Below, piece by piece: positions 27,601 to 36,794 of a stretch of 64,000 bases of DNA (its first letter is position 1; each line of letters opens with the position of its first letter). The DNA lies in IMG/VR virus record IMGVR_UViG_3300021962_000025, positions 64,001 through 128,000 of that record; one strand, 5' to 3'. Made by a program: the position numbers and the translations under genes. The stretch comes from a virus. The notes under the pieces are model-generated. The model saw only the letters and a list, made by a program, of their open reading frames with translations. It searched no databases and was not told the DNA's origin.

Positions 27601-29440
27601 TTGTAGACAAAGTACAATATCATTTACTAAAACCCCGATCGATCAACCACCACCTAAACCTATAGATCCTGAAAAACTTTATAAACTAACACCTGACGGA
27701 GAATACAAACCACCAACTGTCAAAAAACCTCAGATTAATGAAATGAAACGTATCATTATGAAGACGTTGTCTGAGTGTTATTACTTTAAAGTATTAGAGG
27801 AAGATTCTCCCGTTCAGTTTAATAGTTTAAGGGAAAAATTAAGATATTTTCACCCTGCATTCCACTCTATGACACCTGAGGGACTTAATGCACGTTTGAC
27901 GTTTTTATTACAGTGTGTAAGACCTGGTGACACAATACCTATTAAGGGATTAAATAGTGAGTTAGACCTTAGGGCGAGAAATACTAGTTTTGGTCCACCA
28001 CCCATTTGTGTTGTAAGGATTGGTGATTTCTACCACTCTAAAATTGTTATTAGGGACGTTAATATAACATATGATGAAGGTGTATGGGATTTAAACCCTG
28101 AAGGTATAGGTGTCCAACCAATGATCGCTAATGTTACCCTACAAGTAAACTTTATTGGTGGTCAAGGTCTCTCAAAACCTGTTGAGAGATTACAGAACGC
28201 CTTATCGTCGAACTTCTTCGCCAATACGGAGATGTACGATCCTAGGTCTGTATCAACATCAACCATCGATGGTAAAACAACGGAAGAATTTACAAAAGAG
28301 TTTTTAGAAAAATTACAAAAGTCGAACCCCACCCCAACAGTTGAAGAAGGGGTTGATGAGGGACAAAACGTAGTGAGTGATCAATATATTGGTGAGTTTG
28401 GAGAAATCTCAGGAAATACAACTGGCGGTACAATTACATATAAAACCATCGTGGACAGCGTCTTCGATAGTACGAACAACTATTTCTCAAAGTTAGGTAC
28501 CCTGTATACTTCAACAATGAGTGAATTTGGACCCGAGGTTCATTCCTTAATATTCTCACCCGATTACAGAAAAATAAACGAGTTTACGATCGAATCACCA
28601 AGCGGACCAACAACCATTAAAATGTTTGGAGAATATGATAAGGTTAAGAATCTAGATAAATACGTAATTGATTTAAAGACAAAATTAGTTTCCGCTATCC
28701 AAACATTAGATGTTTCAACAATGATGGGATTTGATAAATTTATGTCAACCGATGTTATACAAAGATCAAATAAAATATTAAGTGAAAAATTAACCGAACT
28801 CGTTGAAAATAAATTAGATTCATTAATAAGTTACTCGGGTATAAAAGAGGTAATGGAAGTTAGAAATCCATTAATTCAGACCATGGATAAGTTAAACTAT
28901 TTGACAAAGTACTTCACCGATGGTAAAGTTAAAGATGGGCAAGGTACTGAGGCAACACTTGAGGGATTCACGTCAGAAACTCTATATGGTGAGTACGACG
29001 AATGTGTAAAATATTTTGATAAAAACTCTGATAAGTTTGTTAATAAATTAGATGACAGTATAGACTTCAACAATTTAACTGTTGACGTGGATACACTTAG
29101 TCAAATTTTATCTGTATTATTATATACTAACACCAAAAATGGTGAAGGAGAGATTAATACTAAAACTGAATTGAAAAAGATTTATACTACAGATACGGTT
29201 CTTTATCCAACGAACATTAAGACTAAGATCGATAATAAGATTGATAAATTCTTTAAGGAAACGAAAGGAAAAGAAGTTAGATTATCTAAGAAGAGTGTAG
29301 TAAGTAAAGGAAGTGAGTCTTTAACATTCAACATTCTATCCACTGCGGATATAACAGATTCACAACAATTGGATGAATTGACGAAAGTACAATCAACCAA
29401 GGGTGGGTTAGGTTCTACATTAAATTTCTATAAACCATGA
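24683..29440 (+). CDS. Large baseplate tube-initiator protein (gp48/gp54-like domains) with an inserted OmpA-like domain
   Basis: Tube-like segments WFPPYDLKVSE...FLGRPEPIYTYQNTSRSGQISFKVVVDHP and PPICVVRIGDFYHSKIVI...WDLNPEGIGVQPMIANV flank YNVKLSMRRTHSI. Confidence 0.55.
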   Translation: MPSYLDFNSTKAFRDSMINRTLQQPNGPQTFTASSYSVNNLTDSSNLDPGSVDTNLNTYLAIPDNLNTFTADTFETVETLRNLTRLNDLGLYPYFTQGSYNSLISIMTTDNYDSESSLMKFAAETIRENPNGPVLARITQNLVAATYGRVRLIDALQGNTTTAINLLTGREPLIEKNYKITVAKTLPGKAIDFLQTVAGVEFPWSEIPGDYLSNPANPINYRPEAQTTAGQIIQDVTGVLGSLIGIQRRPKLSSKPSDLMIDYMGSGQKDILFDNLRFSTYAPNYTKSARSQQSSKLFNFVNQIGDAINEVLGAGAPPGVAYIGDDRGEDVKYAMGDFNDNPVRSGYYLSLMFDPAQAELFQKERNVSEGGEIGGRLTWYSSKSKNKLGANNAEYGGERSKLEQSLSNKYSFRSDSIMGKTQELLETMPSDGGASRSHVANAIDQTSRIFKEGDVMLSRGSAIKYVDQYGGETGVEYCRVWTKDRGYMNMSDTMKRTGNIRKFDDSVMSTPWNLNIAPMSNGNGSFEGSTNIVKGGDGYYAKKYMFSIENLAWKTSNTPGFTYSDLPYCERGNNGGRVMWFPPYDLKVSEQNNARWDENNFLGRPEPIYTYQNTSRSGQISFKVVVDHPSILNLMVSKVFKDMSDEEADNYINAFFAGCEEIDFYSLIRTYTTLTSEDLDKIKKYLEGGSDPETIKKYKVDVEEVEVPVDPNQTSEPVTQSPVTETVTLYFRNDYPKGSGVSAEHTYTTLYDQYIGYSGSTTSPQDQTYMKDLENGLNNLFTSPLTNAKKNDMTVIYGRNDLTGTPEDISSVLERAGKGFEKLKQNYDGYISHIETLKTEITEGKVKELKISVLSSTSSVADDDYNVKLSMRRTHSILKDLLSLLSKNNTEPKWTSTIPAAGVDRTVSVGEYTFAELGYEGLEGKLILNVDNVGENLKIDGNTLGGGEVNVDCHGGELKSSSSLKRTAPATFYCRQSTISFTKTPIDQPPPKPIDPEKLYKLTPDGEYKPPTVKKPQINEMKRIIMKTLSECYYFKVLEEDSPVQFNSLREKLRYFHPAFHSMTPEGLNARLTFLLQCVRPGDTIPIKGLNSELDLRARNTSFGPPPICVVRIGDFYHSKIVIRDVNITYDEGVWDLNPEGIGVQPMIANVTLQVNFIGGQGLSKPVERLQNALSSNFFANTEMYDPRSVSTSTIDGKTTEEFTKEFLEKLQKSNPTPTVEEGVDEGQNVVSDQYIGEFGEISGNTTGGTITYKTIVDSVFDSTNNYFSKLGTLYTSTMSEFGPEVHSLIFSPDYRKINEFTIESPSGPTTIKMFGEYDKVKNLDKYVIDLKTKLVSAIQTLDVSTMMGFDKFMSTDVIQRSNKILSEKLTELVENKLDSLISYSGIKEVMEVRNPLIQTMDKLNYLTKYFTDGKVKDGQGTEATLEGFTSETLYGEYDECVKYFDKNSDKFVNKLDDSIDFNNLTVDVDTLSQILSVLLYTNTKNGEGEINTKTELKKIYTTDTVLYPTNIKTKIDNKIDKFFKETKGKEVRLSKKSVVSKGSESLTFNILSTADITDSQQLDELTKVQSTKGGLGSTLNFYKP

Positions 29441-29763
29441 GTCGAGAGTATTTCAATAGATATGACATGTTCGAAGAAGATGGTGATTTTAAAATAGTCC
29501 CTGGCATTGAAATCCCCATTAGGTCTACAGACAAGTATGTACAGTACAAAAAGGGAAAAGATAGGTTGGATAAAATTTCACAAGAATACTATAACACACC
29601 TGTTTTTGGTTGGTTAATACTACAGGCAAACCCATTGGTTGGTAGTATAGAGTTCGAAATACCTAATAATAGTATTTTAAGAATTCCTTTTCCGTTAATA
29701 AGTACCCTCCAAGAATATAAAAGAGGTGTAGATCTGTACAACTTGTATTATGGCGAAGAATGA
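29437..29763 (+). CDS. LysM / gp53-like baseplate wedge protein
   Basis: GKDRLDKISQEYYNTPVFGWLILQANP...IPNNSILRIP. Confidence 0.75.
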   Translation: MSREYFNRYDMFEEDGDFKIVPGIEIPIRSTDKYVQYKKGKDRLDKISQEYYNTPVFGWLILQANPLVGSIEFEIPNNSILRIPFPLISTLQEYKRGVDLYNLYYGEE

Positions 29764-32700
29764 ACTAAATGGTAGTGAGAATATTCTTGTTAAGGTCGAT
29801 CAAAATAATTTAATTTATATCGATCCTAACAGTGTTGTTACTGATGGTTTTGTTGAACCTAGAGGTACTAACGCGGAAAATTTTGTTTACTATATAAATT
29901 TAGAGGCCGACTTAATACCTAGAACCATACTGAATACGGCTAACTCCGTAGAGGGGTCTACCCTAACTTCCATAGCAAATGGAACACTTAATCTACTACA
30001 GAATAAAGATAGTGATTATTTAGACACATCGTGGACCAACACCTATAATTATGAAACTATTGAAGCCGGTAAAGAAATAGATAAGACCAATACGTCCCCA
30101 ATATCCGACGCAAGTGGACAGGGGTTTGGTATGACTAGTGTTGCTATAGACGTAAAAGGAACTAACTTCATTCCTTCAGTAAGTATACAATTTGTGGATG
30201 TCAGAGGTAAAACATTGTTTGAATCCCCTGAAAATTCACCCTATAAGGCGTTCTTCCATCAACCATGGCCGATTTTTTACTTAACAGTAAAAGGTTTTTA
30301 CGGTAAGGCAATAAAATATAGATTACATCTTGTAAGTTTCAACTCAAGTTACGACGACACCAATGGAAATTTTGTGATCAATACAAAATTCGTAGGGTCA
30401 ACATACGCACACTTAAATCAAATACCCCTAACAGGTATTCTAAACGCACCCTACATGTTTGCGATTGAGAAACCCGATAAAAGGGAGGTCAATGAATCGA
30501 CTGGTGAAGTAAAGGTCACACTATCCAAATCCTCTAAAGGATATCAAACCTTAAAATCAATATATCAAGAATATAGACGAAAGGGATTAATAACGATTCC
30601 CGAAGATATAAACCCAACACTCAGAGAACTTATCATAAAAGCAAAGTCTTTAGATGTTGAGTTAGAAAAAATGATTTTTGATGAGGTTGCGGATATGTCT
30701 GTGTTTGCTCAAGTCAAAGCCATTGAGGATGTTTTAACAGAATACAGAGGTGCGGTTAAATCGTGGAAAACAAGATTTCTAACCGCGGATTTTGTGACGA
30801 TACCAGAACCCGATGGTAAGAAATTTTTCTATTTAGTTAAGACAGAAAATGGCAGCGATAAAAACATCAAGGGGTCTACAGGTTCCTCTTTAAAATCGAT
30901 TATTGAAACTTATAGTAAAAAATTAAAAAAGGCTCAAGAGACTTCACAGGAAAAGATAGATAATTCATCTCACGATAGGAAAACTAAGAGTGAAATGAGA
31001 ATTAATCTAATTAATAACATTAAAGATGTCGATTCATATCACACGATGTTTGAGGCAAAAAATGTTGTGGCCATTAATGAACTATTGGAAGATATTCTTG
31101 ACATTAATAAGTCGTTTTTAGAACAGAAGTTAAAACTACAGAACGCGGTAGAAAAGAAAATGAACGAGTTCTATGTCGATAAAAGTAAGGGTATTGGATT
31201 TGAACCTACGATAAGAAATGTCTTTGGGGTAATTCTGGCTAATGCGGATACCTTCATTAGATTATTCAAAAGCACACACCAACAGGCTTTCAACGTTGGT
31301 GCCGAAAGAGCGAAACGGTTGGTTGGTTTTGAAGGTGATACGGTAAAAAATGGTTCCATTTATCCATGGCCAGAAGTAAAAAAAGTTAGTGAAGGTAATT
31401 CTAAGGTATTGGCGTATCCAGGAGATCCGGACCTAATATCTAAGTTGGGTTCCGATGATAAGGTGCTATGGCCTGAAGTGAACTTTGTTGAGAATTATCT
31501 ATCGGTTAGTACTCTAAAAGAAGATCCCTTAGTTAATAAAGAAAAAACCTTTAATACGACGGTTTTCACCTTCGATAGTAATGATGCGGACGTAAAGTCG
31601 ATAAAACCCATTTCGACCACAAATTCACTTTACACGTATATCCCATATACAGAAAAGAATTTAGCGTCCGTCCTTTATGAGATCTACGAGAGGTCCCAAC
31701 TTTTTACACTGTATGATACATTTTCTAATAGTTCTTTAAATGAGTTGGTTAGAATGGAATTCGATACGATACAAGAAATCATAAAAGAAGATTTCTTCAT
31801 TGTTGATATACTAAGGGATAGTGTAAAAAATGAATCACTTCTATTAGACTTAATGAAATCGTTTTCACCATTCGATAGATACCCATACTACTTAGATAGA
31901 ATACCAACAGTTGATTATATAAACGACTTAAGGACTGTCTCCTTTAAGTTAGAATCATATAATAAGGAAACAATAAAACTCGAAAGGAGTAGTGAGTATC
32001 CAACCCTTAGTGGTGAGTTAGACAACTACACTTCTGAGGAATATAGAACAAAAATATATCCGTTTAATTCGGATACTTACTTAGGTTACATAGGAAAACC
32101 GTCATTCACAAAATCAGAAATAGACGTTAGTAACCTTTTTATTATTGATACAAATCAAGGGTTTATATCATCACCAATTAACGCGAAGTCTTGGGTTAAA
32201 AATGAAACAAATATTTTTAACAAAAAAATTGGTATCGAATCAAATAGTGTTAATGTATTAAACAGTCCATATTTCCATAAAACTCTTTTTGAAGAGTTCC
32301 ATAATACCAACGCTCAAGCGAAGTATAAAGGGTCCGCATATCTTTTATTAAATTCTTTAGATTTTAAAGATCTTACTGATAAGATAAAGTTTGGTGACAA
32401 AGAAATACTAATGTCATCATTGTTTACTGAAGTGGGATCAACTCATTATATACCCTACCATTTAATTTTAAAATGGGGTTCCATTTACCATAGATATAAA
32501 ACATTTATAGTTGATGGGGTGGACATCATTGATAATGCAGAAGACAATATAAACATTCAAACCTATTTTGACAACTCATACGGGTATACGGGGTCAACAT
32601 ATTCGTTAACAGATAGTGTTGGTTTATACCCATATTACTATTCAATATATCACCAGGTACTTCATGACTATACCTTTTTCGATCCAAATGATCAGACAGG

Positions 32701-35404
32701 TGTATCCTTTGAAAGTGTAGTTACGGATAAAAGTATGCTGATAGATTCTTTTAGGGTTTTTTCTGATGGGATTGATGGTCTTTATTACCACAACTCATTT
32801 GTAGATAATAGTCGTTTTGTTTCTTCTGACTTAAGGTACACAATCTTACCATCTTTTGGTAGTACGGTTGGTAGATTCAATTACTTAGAAGATCAAATCG
32901 ATTCCTGTCATTTTAATTTCAGATCTAATTGGACACAGGATGAGTACGAAGAGTTTACTTTAACGGGACAAACTTTACCATCATATAAGGAACACTTTGT
33001 GGAGATGTCCTCGAATAATAAAAAAGTGATTGACCTTATAGGTGTGTTTAGCCCACCAATATTAGATTCTTTTGAGAAGGCATTTTTAAACTTTGCGTCA
33101 GAAAAGATTGACTCTTATGAATCGTACAAACAATATGAAAACACTACACATGATAATTTTCAATCACTGTTAAAAGAAATATGTTCAGTTAAGAAAGAAT
33201 CCTCAGACAACTTAAATAACCTACCCACGGTAATATCTAAAATTAAGGAAAGACAAACACAAAAATTAAAGGACATTACTGCTGAGTTATTATCACAAAA
33301 TAACTTACTTAAGTTAACTATTAGTAATCCAAAAGAATTGGATACCTTCTTTTTAAGTGCGTATGCGGGTGAGATAGAAAGACAGGTAAACTTTGGTTCC
33401 TTTGACGCCACCCAACTGACTACAGGTACGAAATACATTGAATTATATATAGGTGAGGATATAGATGGATACTACTCGGAATTTTTCTCAGTAAGTAATA
33501 TTGAGTTAAGTGATGATAATATCTTCAATTTTAGGTCAATAGTAAAAATCTATGGTGGTTATAGGAAATCGGGAGGTTCTGCAAACAGGGATAGTTTCCA
33601 AAACTATCTATTAAACGAAATTATAGTACCTCACCAAAAAAGACACGGGTATTTCCTACAAAAACTAATACCTAATTTTTCGTCATTAAAGAGAGATAAG
33701 GATGAAAATAATAACCAATCTATCGTTGGTAACTATGGAGACACCCCACTAAAACTACAAACATACAATACGTTTAAATTATTTAACGATTCATGGATTG
33801 CGGGTAACTCAATCGGACAAAAACTATTAATGGAAGAGTTTCTATTTTTAGATAAAGCCAATAAGGATATCGGAGACGACTTCTTCATAGACATTAAAAA
33901 ATTAATTGCCTTAGATGATTATAGGAATCAAGGTTTGGAACTATATGGTGTTATATCAATGATACTAAGTAGATCAAATGTTGATTTAAGGGCACTACCC
34001 GCATATGTTAACTTTTACGGTAATAGTTCTAATAAAACTAAAATAAAACCATCGAGAGATATTGCGAATATAATGTTTGGTAAATACTTAGAGGTTGATT
34101 TAGAGTATGCGACACCCAAGATAATATTACAATATGTTGGTAGAACCTCTAAACACTTAGATCTATCGACCATAAGTAAAGAATATCTTTATTTGAATGA
34201 TGGATTTAATATAGCCGATTCACAAAACAACCCATTACTTATAACTAACCCCAAATTTTTTGAATCAAATAGTTTATCCAAATCAAATAAGGTTGTTGCT
34301 TTTGAGGTTAGTTTCGGAGATCAAAACCAAGGAATATTCAAAGGAGTAAGTTTGGATCAATCACAATTCAGAAATACTTACGAAAGTAATTTGGCTATTG
34401 AACGTTTAGGAAGATCCGAATCGGGTTCAGGTACTGGACAAATCGACATTGGGTTATATGACATTTATGAATCTAGATCGTATTCATGTCAAGTAGAGGC
34501 AATGGGTAATGTTATGATACAACCTACCATGTACTTTCAGTTGAAAAACGTTCCTCTTTTTGAAGGGGCATATTGGATTGTTGAAGTAAGTCATAGGATA
34601 GAGGGTAACACAATTAAAACCACTTTTAAAGGAGTAAGAATACCTAAAGATTCATTACCCGATCCTAAAGAGTCGTTTACAGCATCGTACAGAGTGTTGT
34701 TTGACAAAATACTCAACGCAGCAACGGCTAAAAATTCTACAACTACGGGTGTCACAACAGAAGAAACAATTACAACGAGTAATGGTACTTTCACCACCGA
34801 TAGAAGTGGAACCATTATTCCTGGTGAGGAATTATTAAAAGAATCTGGAATCACAAACCTGTGTATACCATTTAATGGATATGGTGGCGATAAGACAATC
34901 CAAAAGGTAAAATATAAATCTAATACGTGGTATAGATCATTAGTTATCACTATGGACTCGGGATTAAACGACAGTACTGTAATGTTTCTCCCCACAAAAA
35001 TTAAAAGAAATACGGTCAACCCATCTAAGTTAATGTGGTCTGAAATAAAAAACAGTAATAAATATTTTTATTCGGCTCCATTTGTTGTGTCCGAATTTAA
35101 AGAAACACCCAGCACTCTCGCTGAGATACCTACTGCAGACTATTTAATGTATAACTCAAAAACACATTTCTTTAATCCGTTAAATAGTAAATCTAAAACG
35201 ATTATTGCTGATTCCAAATTAGACATTAATAATCTTCCGGCGGGTCCAGGTGTTAGTAGATATGTTAATGGTCCCATAGATGTGGGGCATAGGGTAATAA
35301 CCAAAGACGGTAAAACACTTTTGGTTGGATTAACACTTTCAAAAAACCTAATGAAAGACTTAGGATTAAATGATGGCGATGTTGTCTATTTTAAAATTGA
35401 ATAA
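29750..35404 (+). CDS. Very large baseplate hub protein (gp27/gpD/VgrG-like)
   Basis: 1884 aa after LysM. N-terminal GFGMTSVAIDV...PSVSIQFVDVRG; C-proximal YSCQVEAMGNVMIQPTMYFQL...GAYWIVEVSHRI...TTFKGVR is a hub-type motif. Confidence 0.6.
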   Translation: MAKNELNGSENILVKVDQNNLIYIDPNSVVTDGFVEPRGTNAENFVYYINLEADLIPRTILNTANSVEGSTLTSIANGTLNLLQNKDSDYLDTSWTNTYNYETIEAGKEIDKTNTSPISDASGQGFGMTSVAIDVKGTNFIPSVSIQFVDVRGKTLFESPENSPYKAFFHQPWPIFYLTVKGFYGKAIKYRLHLVSFNSSYDDTNGNFVINTKFVGSTYAHLNQIPLTGILNAPYMFAIEKPDKREVNESTGEVKVTLSKSSKGYQTLKSIYQEYRRKGLITIPEDINPTLRELIIKAKSLDVELEKMIFDEVADMSVFAQVKAIEDVLTEYRGAVKSWKTRFLTADFVTIPEPDGKKFFYLVKTENGSDKNIKGSTGSSLKSIIETYSKKLKKAQETSQEKIDNSSHDRKTKSEMRINLINNIKDVDSYHTMFEAKNVVAINELLEDILDINKSFLEQKLKLQNAVEKKMNEFYVDKSKGIGFEPTIRNVFGVILANADTFIRLFKSTHQQAFNVGAERAKRLVGFEGDTVKNGSIYPWPEVKKVSEGNSKVLAYPGDPDLISKLGSDDKVLWPEVNFVENYLSVSTLKEDPLVNKEKTFNTTVFTFDSNDADVKSIKPISTTNSLYTYIPYTEKNLASVLYEIYERSQLFTLYDTFSNSSLNELVRMEFDTIQEIIKEDFFIVDILRDSVKNESLLLDLMKSFSPFDRYPYYLDRIPTVDYINDLRTVSFKLESYNKETIKLERSSEYPTLSGELDNYTSEEYRTKIYPFNSDTYLGYIGKPSFTKSEIDVSNLFIIDTNQGFISSPINAKSWVKNETNIFNKKIGIESNSVNVLNSPYFHKTLFEEFHNTNAQAKYKGSAYLLLNSLDFKDLTDKIKFGDKEILMSSLFTEVGSTHYIPYHLILKWGSIYHRYKTFIVDGVDIIDNAEDNINIQTYFDNSYGYTGSTYSLTDSVGLYPYYYSIYHQVLHDYTFFDPNDQTGVSFESVVTDKSMLIDSFRVFSDGIDGLYYHNSFVDNSRFVSSDLRYTILPSFGSTVGRFNYLEDQIDSCHFNFRSNWTQDEYEEFTLTGQTLPSYKEHFVEMSSNNKKVIDLIGVFSPPILDSFEKAFLNFASEKIDSYESYKQYENTTHDNFQSLLKEICSVKKESSDNLNNLPTVISKIKERQTQKLKDITAELLSQNNLLKLTISNPKELDTFFLSAYAGEIERQVNFGSFDATQLTTGTKYIELYIGEDIDGYYSEFFSVSNIELSDDNIFNFRSIVKIYGGYRKSGGSANRDSFQNYLLNEIIVPHQKRHGYFLQKLIPNFSSLKRDKDENNNQSIVGNYGDTPLKLQTYNTFKLFNDSWIAGNSIGQKLLMEEFLFLDKANKDIGDDFFIDIKKLIALDDYRNQGLELYGVISMILSRSNVDLRALPAYVNFYGNSSNKTKIKPSRDIANIMFGKYLEVDLEYATPKIILQYVGRTSKHLDLSTISKEYLYLNDGFNIADSQNNPLLITNPKFFESNSLSKSNKVVAFEVSFGDQNQGIFKGVSLDQSQFRNTYESNLAIERLGRSESGSGTGQIDIGLYDIYESRSYSCQVEAMGNVMIQPTMYFQLKNVPLFEGAYWIVEVSHRIEGNTIKTTFKGVRIPKDSLPDPKESFTASYRVLFDKILNAATAKNSTTTGVTTEETITTSNGTFTTDRSGTIIPGEELLKESGITNLCIPFNGYGGDKTIQKVKYKSNTWYRSLVITMDSGLNDSTVMFLPTKIKRNTVNPSKLMWSEIKNSNKYFYSAPFVVSEFKETPSTLAEIPTADYLMYNSKTHFFNPLNSKSKTIIADSKLDINNLPAGPGVSRYVNGPIDVGHRVITKDGKTLLVGLTLSKNLMKDLGLNDGDVVYFKIE

Positions 35405-35419
35405 TTACGTAAAACGGGA

Positions 35420-35427
35420 TATTTATT
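35420..35427 (+). promoter_or_regulatory. Putative late promoter motif TATTTATT
   Basis: 18 nt before the ATG at 35446. Confidence 0.5.
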
Positions 35428-35445
35428 ATAAAATGGAATAATATT

Positions 35446-35649
35446 ATGGCAAATTTAAAAGTAGATTCCGCATTAGAAAACTTCTTAGGTAATAAGTCAG
35501 TACGCAATTTGAACGAAGAGGGTACTGAACAAGAGGTTTGTGATATGAACACTGGTGAGTGCTACGTGATTCGTAGTAAAGACGGACTAGTGGAAAGAAT
35601 TAATAAAAAATACATTACCGAAGACGGTAGACAACTATTAAGTGATTAA
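35446..35649 (+). CDS. Small hypothetical protein
   Basis: 67-aa ORF after a late motif; contains EVCDMNTGECY. Confidence 0.6.
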   Translation: MANLKVDSALENFLGNKSVRNLNEEGTEQEVCDMNTGECYVIRSKDGLVERINKKYITEDGRQLLSD

Positions 35650-35652
35650 GAG

Positions 35653-36345
35653 ATGAAATTAGAGGATAAATTACACGAAGAGTTAATGCGTTATCGTAGT
35701 ATCAATAACTACGGTAAGAAAATGATCATGGAACAGGAAGAACCTGTTGATCCTACTTCATTACCTGGAGGTGCCGAAGAACCTGTTGATGATATCCCTG
35801 CGGGAGATGCTCCTGTTGATGATATCCCCGCGGGAGACGCACCTGTTGGAGACGCACCTGTTGGGGATGCACCTGTTGGGGATGCACCTGTTGGTGATGC
35901 TCCTGAGTCGGGAGGAGACACGGAGGAAATTGATATAACGGATCTCGTTAACATGACCCAAAATATTAAAAATCAGTTAGACGACAAGCAAAGTGAAAGT
36001 GATGCCGTAATGGGTAAAATGGGTGACCTATTCTCTAAGTTGGATGATTTAGAATCTAAGTTATCCCAAATGGATAATGTCATTGCCAAGATTGACAATT
36101 TAGAATCAAAGGTTGAGACCATGAAGGCACCAACCCCACAAGAAAAATTGGAGATGAGATCATTGGATTCCTATCCATTTAACCAAAAACCATCCGAATT
36201 CTTCTCTCAAAAACAACTTGACATGAAGGCAAGCGGTAAGAACGAATACATCATCACCAAACAAGACATTGACGATTATAACGATAAAGAGGTAAGAGAT
36301 TCCTTCAACATAGACCCCAACGCTGAAAATGAAGTTGAATGGTAA
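35653..36345 (+). CDS. Acidic protein with tandem repeats and a coiled coil, possible internal head/scaffold-type protein
   Basis: LHEELMRYRSI...IMEQ N-terminus, acidic repeat, then LDDLESKLSQMDNVIAKIDNLESKV heptads. Confidence 0.55.
   Translation: MKLEDKLHEELMRYRSINNYGKKMIMEQEEPVDPTSLPGGAEEPVDDIPAGDAPVDDIPAGDAPVGDAPVGDAPVGDAPVGDAPESGGDTEEIDITDLVNMTQNIKNQLDDKQSESDAVMGKMGDLFSKLDDLESKLSQMDNVIAKIDNLESKVETMKAPTPQEKLEMRSLDSYPFNQKPSEFFSQKQLDMKASGKNEYIITKQDIDDYNDKEVRDSFNIDPNAENEVEW
35782..35907 (+). repeat. In-frame tandem repeat: PVDDIPAGDA x2 then PVGDA x4
   Basis: 30-nt then 15-nt period, read from the sequence. Confidence 0.9.
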
Positions 36346-36694
36346 TGTTAAATTTTTCTTAGAACTCCAAGCCCAATTAAGAATCCTTCATTGGCAAACA
36401 AAGAGTCATGCTAAGCATATCGCCATTGGTGGTGCGTATGAAGTGTTAGACGGTCTTATAGACTCTTATGTAGAGACCTGTATGGGTCTTCATGGGAGAT
36501 TTATCTTAGACGATGAACACAAGACTCTAACAATCAACAATCTTTCTGACGTGGATTTATTAGGAATGATAAAGACGGTTAGAAAAACACTCCAAGAAAT
36601 GGAGATCAGTCCTACTGATAGTGATTTGTTAAATATCAGAGATGAAATGTTGGCACAAATCAACAAACTCTCTTATTTACTGACACTTAAGTAA
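36329..36694 (+). CDS. Short ferritin/Dps-like four-helix protein (DUF5856-like)
   Basis: LRILHWQT...KHIAIGGAYEVLDGLIDSYVET mirrors the Dps HW...H...Y......D...E ligand pattern. C-terminal LLNIRDEMLAQINKLSYLL. Confidence 0.7.
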   Translation: MKLNGNVKFFLELQAQLRILHWQTKSHAKHIAIGGAYEVLDGLIDSYVETCMGLHGRFILDDEHKTLTINNLSDVDLLGMIKTVRKTLQEMEISPTDSDLLNIRDEMLAQINKLSYLLTLK

Positions 36695-36722
36695 TCAAAA
36701 ACAAAATATTTGGTATAAAATT

Positions 36723-36754
36723 AGTCTGGGGGCCTTGACCTTTAGACTTTTTTT
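36723..36754 (+). terminator. Terminator after the ferritin-like gene
   Basis: AGTCTGGGGG-CCTTGA-CCTTTAGACT (with three G-U pairs), then a T run. Confidence 0.55.
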
Positions 36755-36794
36755 GTGTACCATTTATATACATAACAATTTAAAATAATATAGT

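Noticed and set aside
36735-36765. Sigma-A promoter for gp32 (TTG-N20-TACCATTT)
   Set aside because: There are two mismatches in the -7 box. It is plausible but not supportable, and it also resembles a degenerate late motif (CATTTATA).
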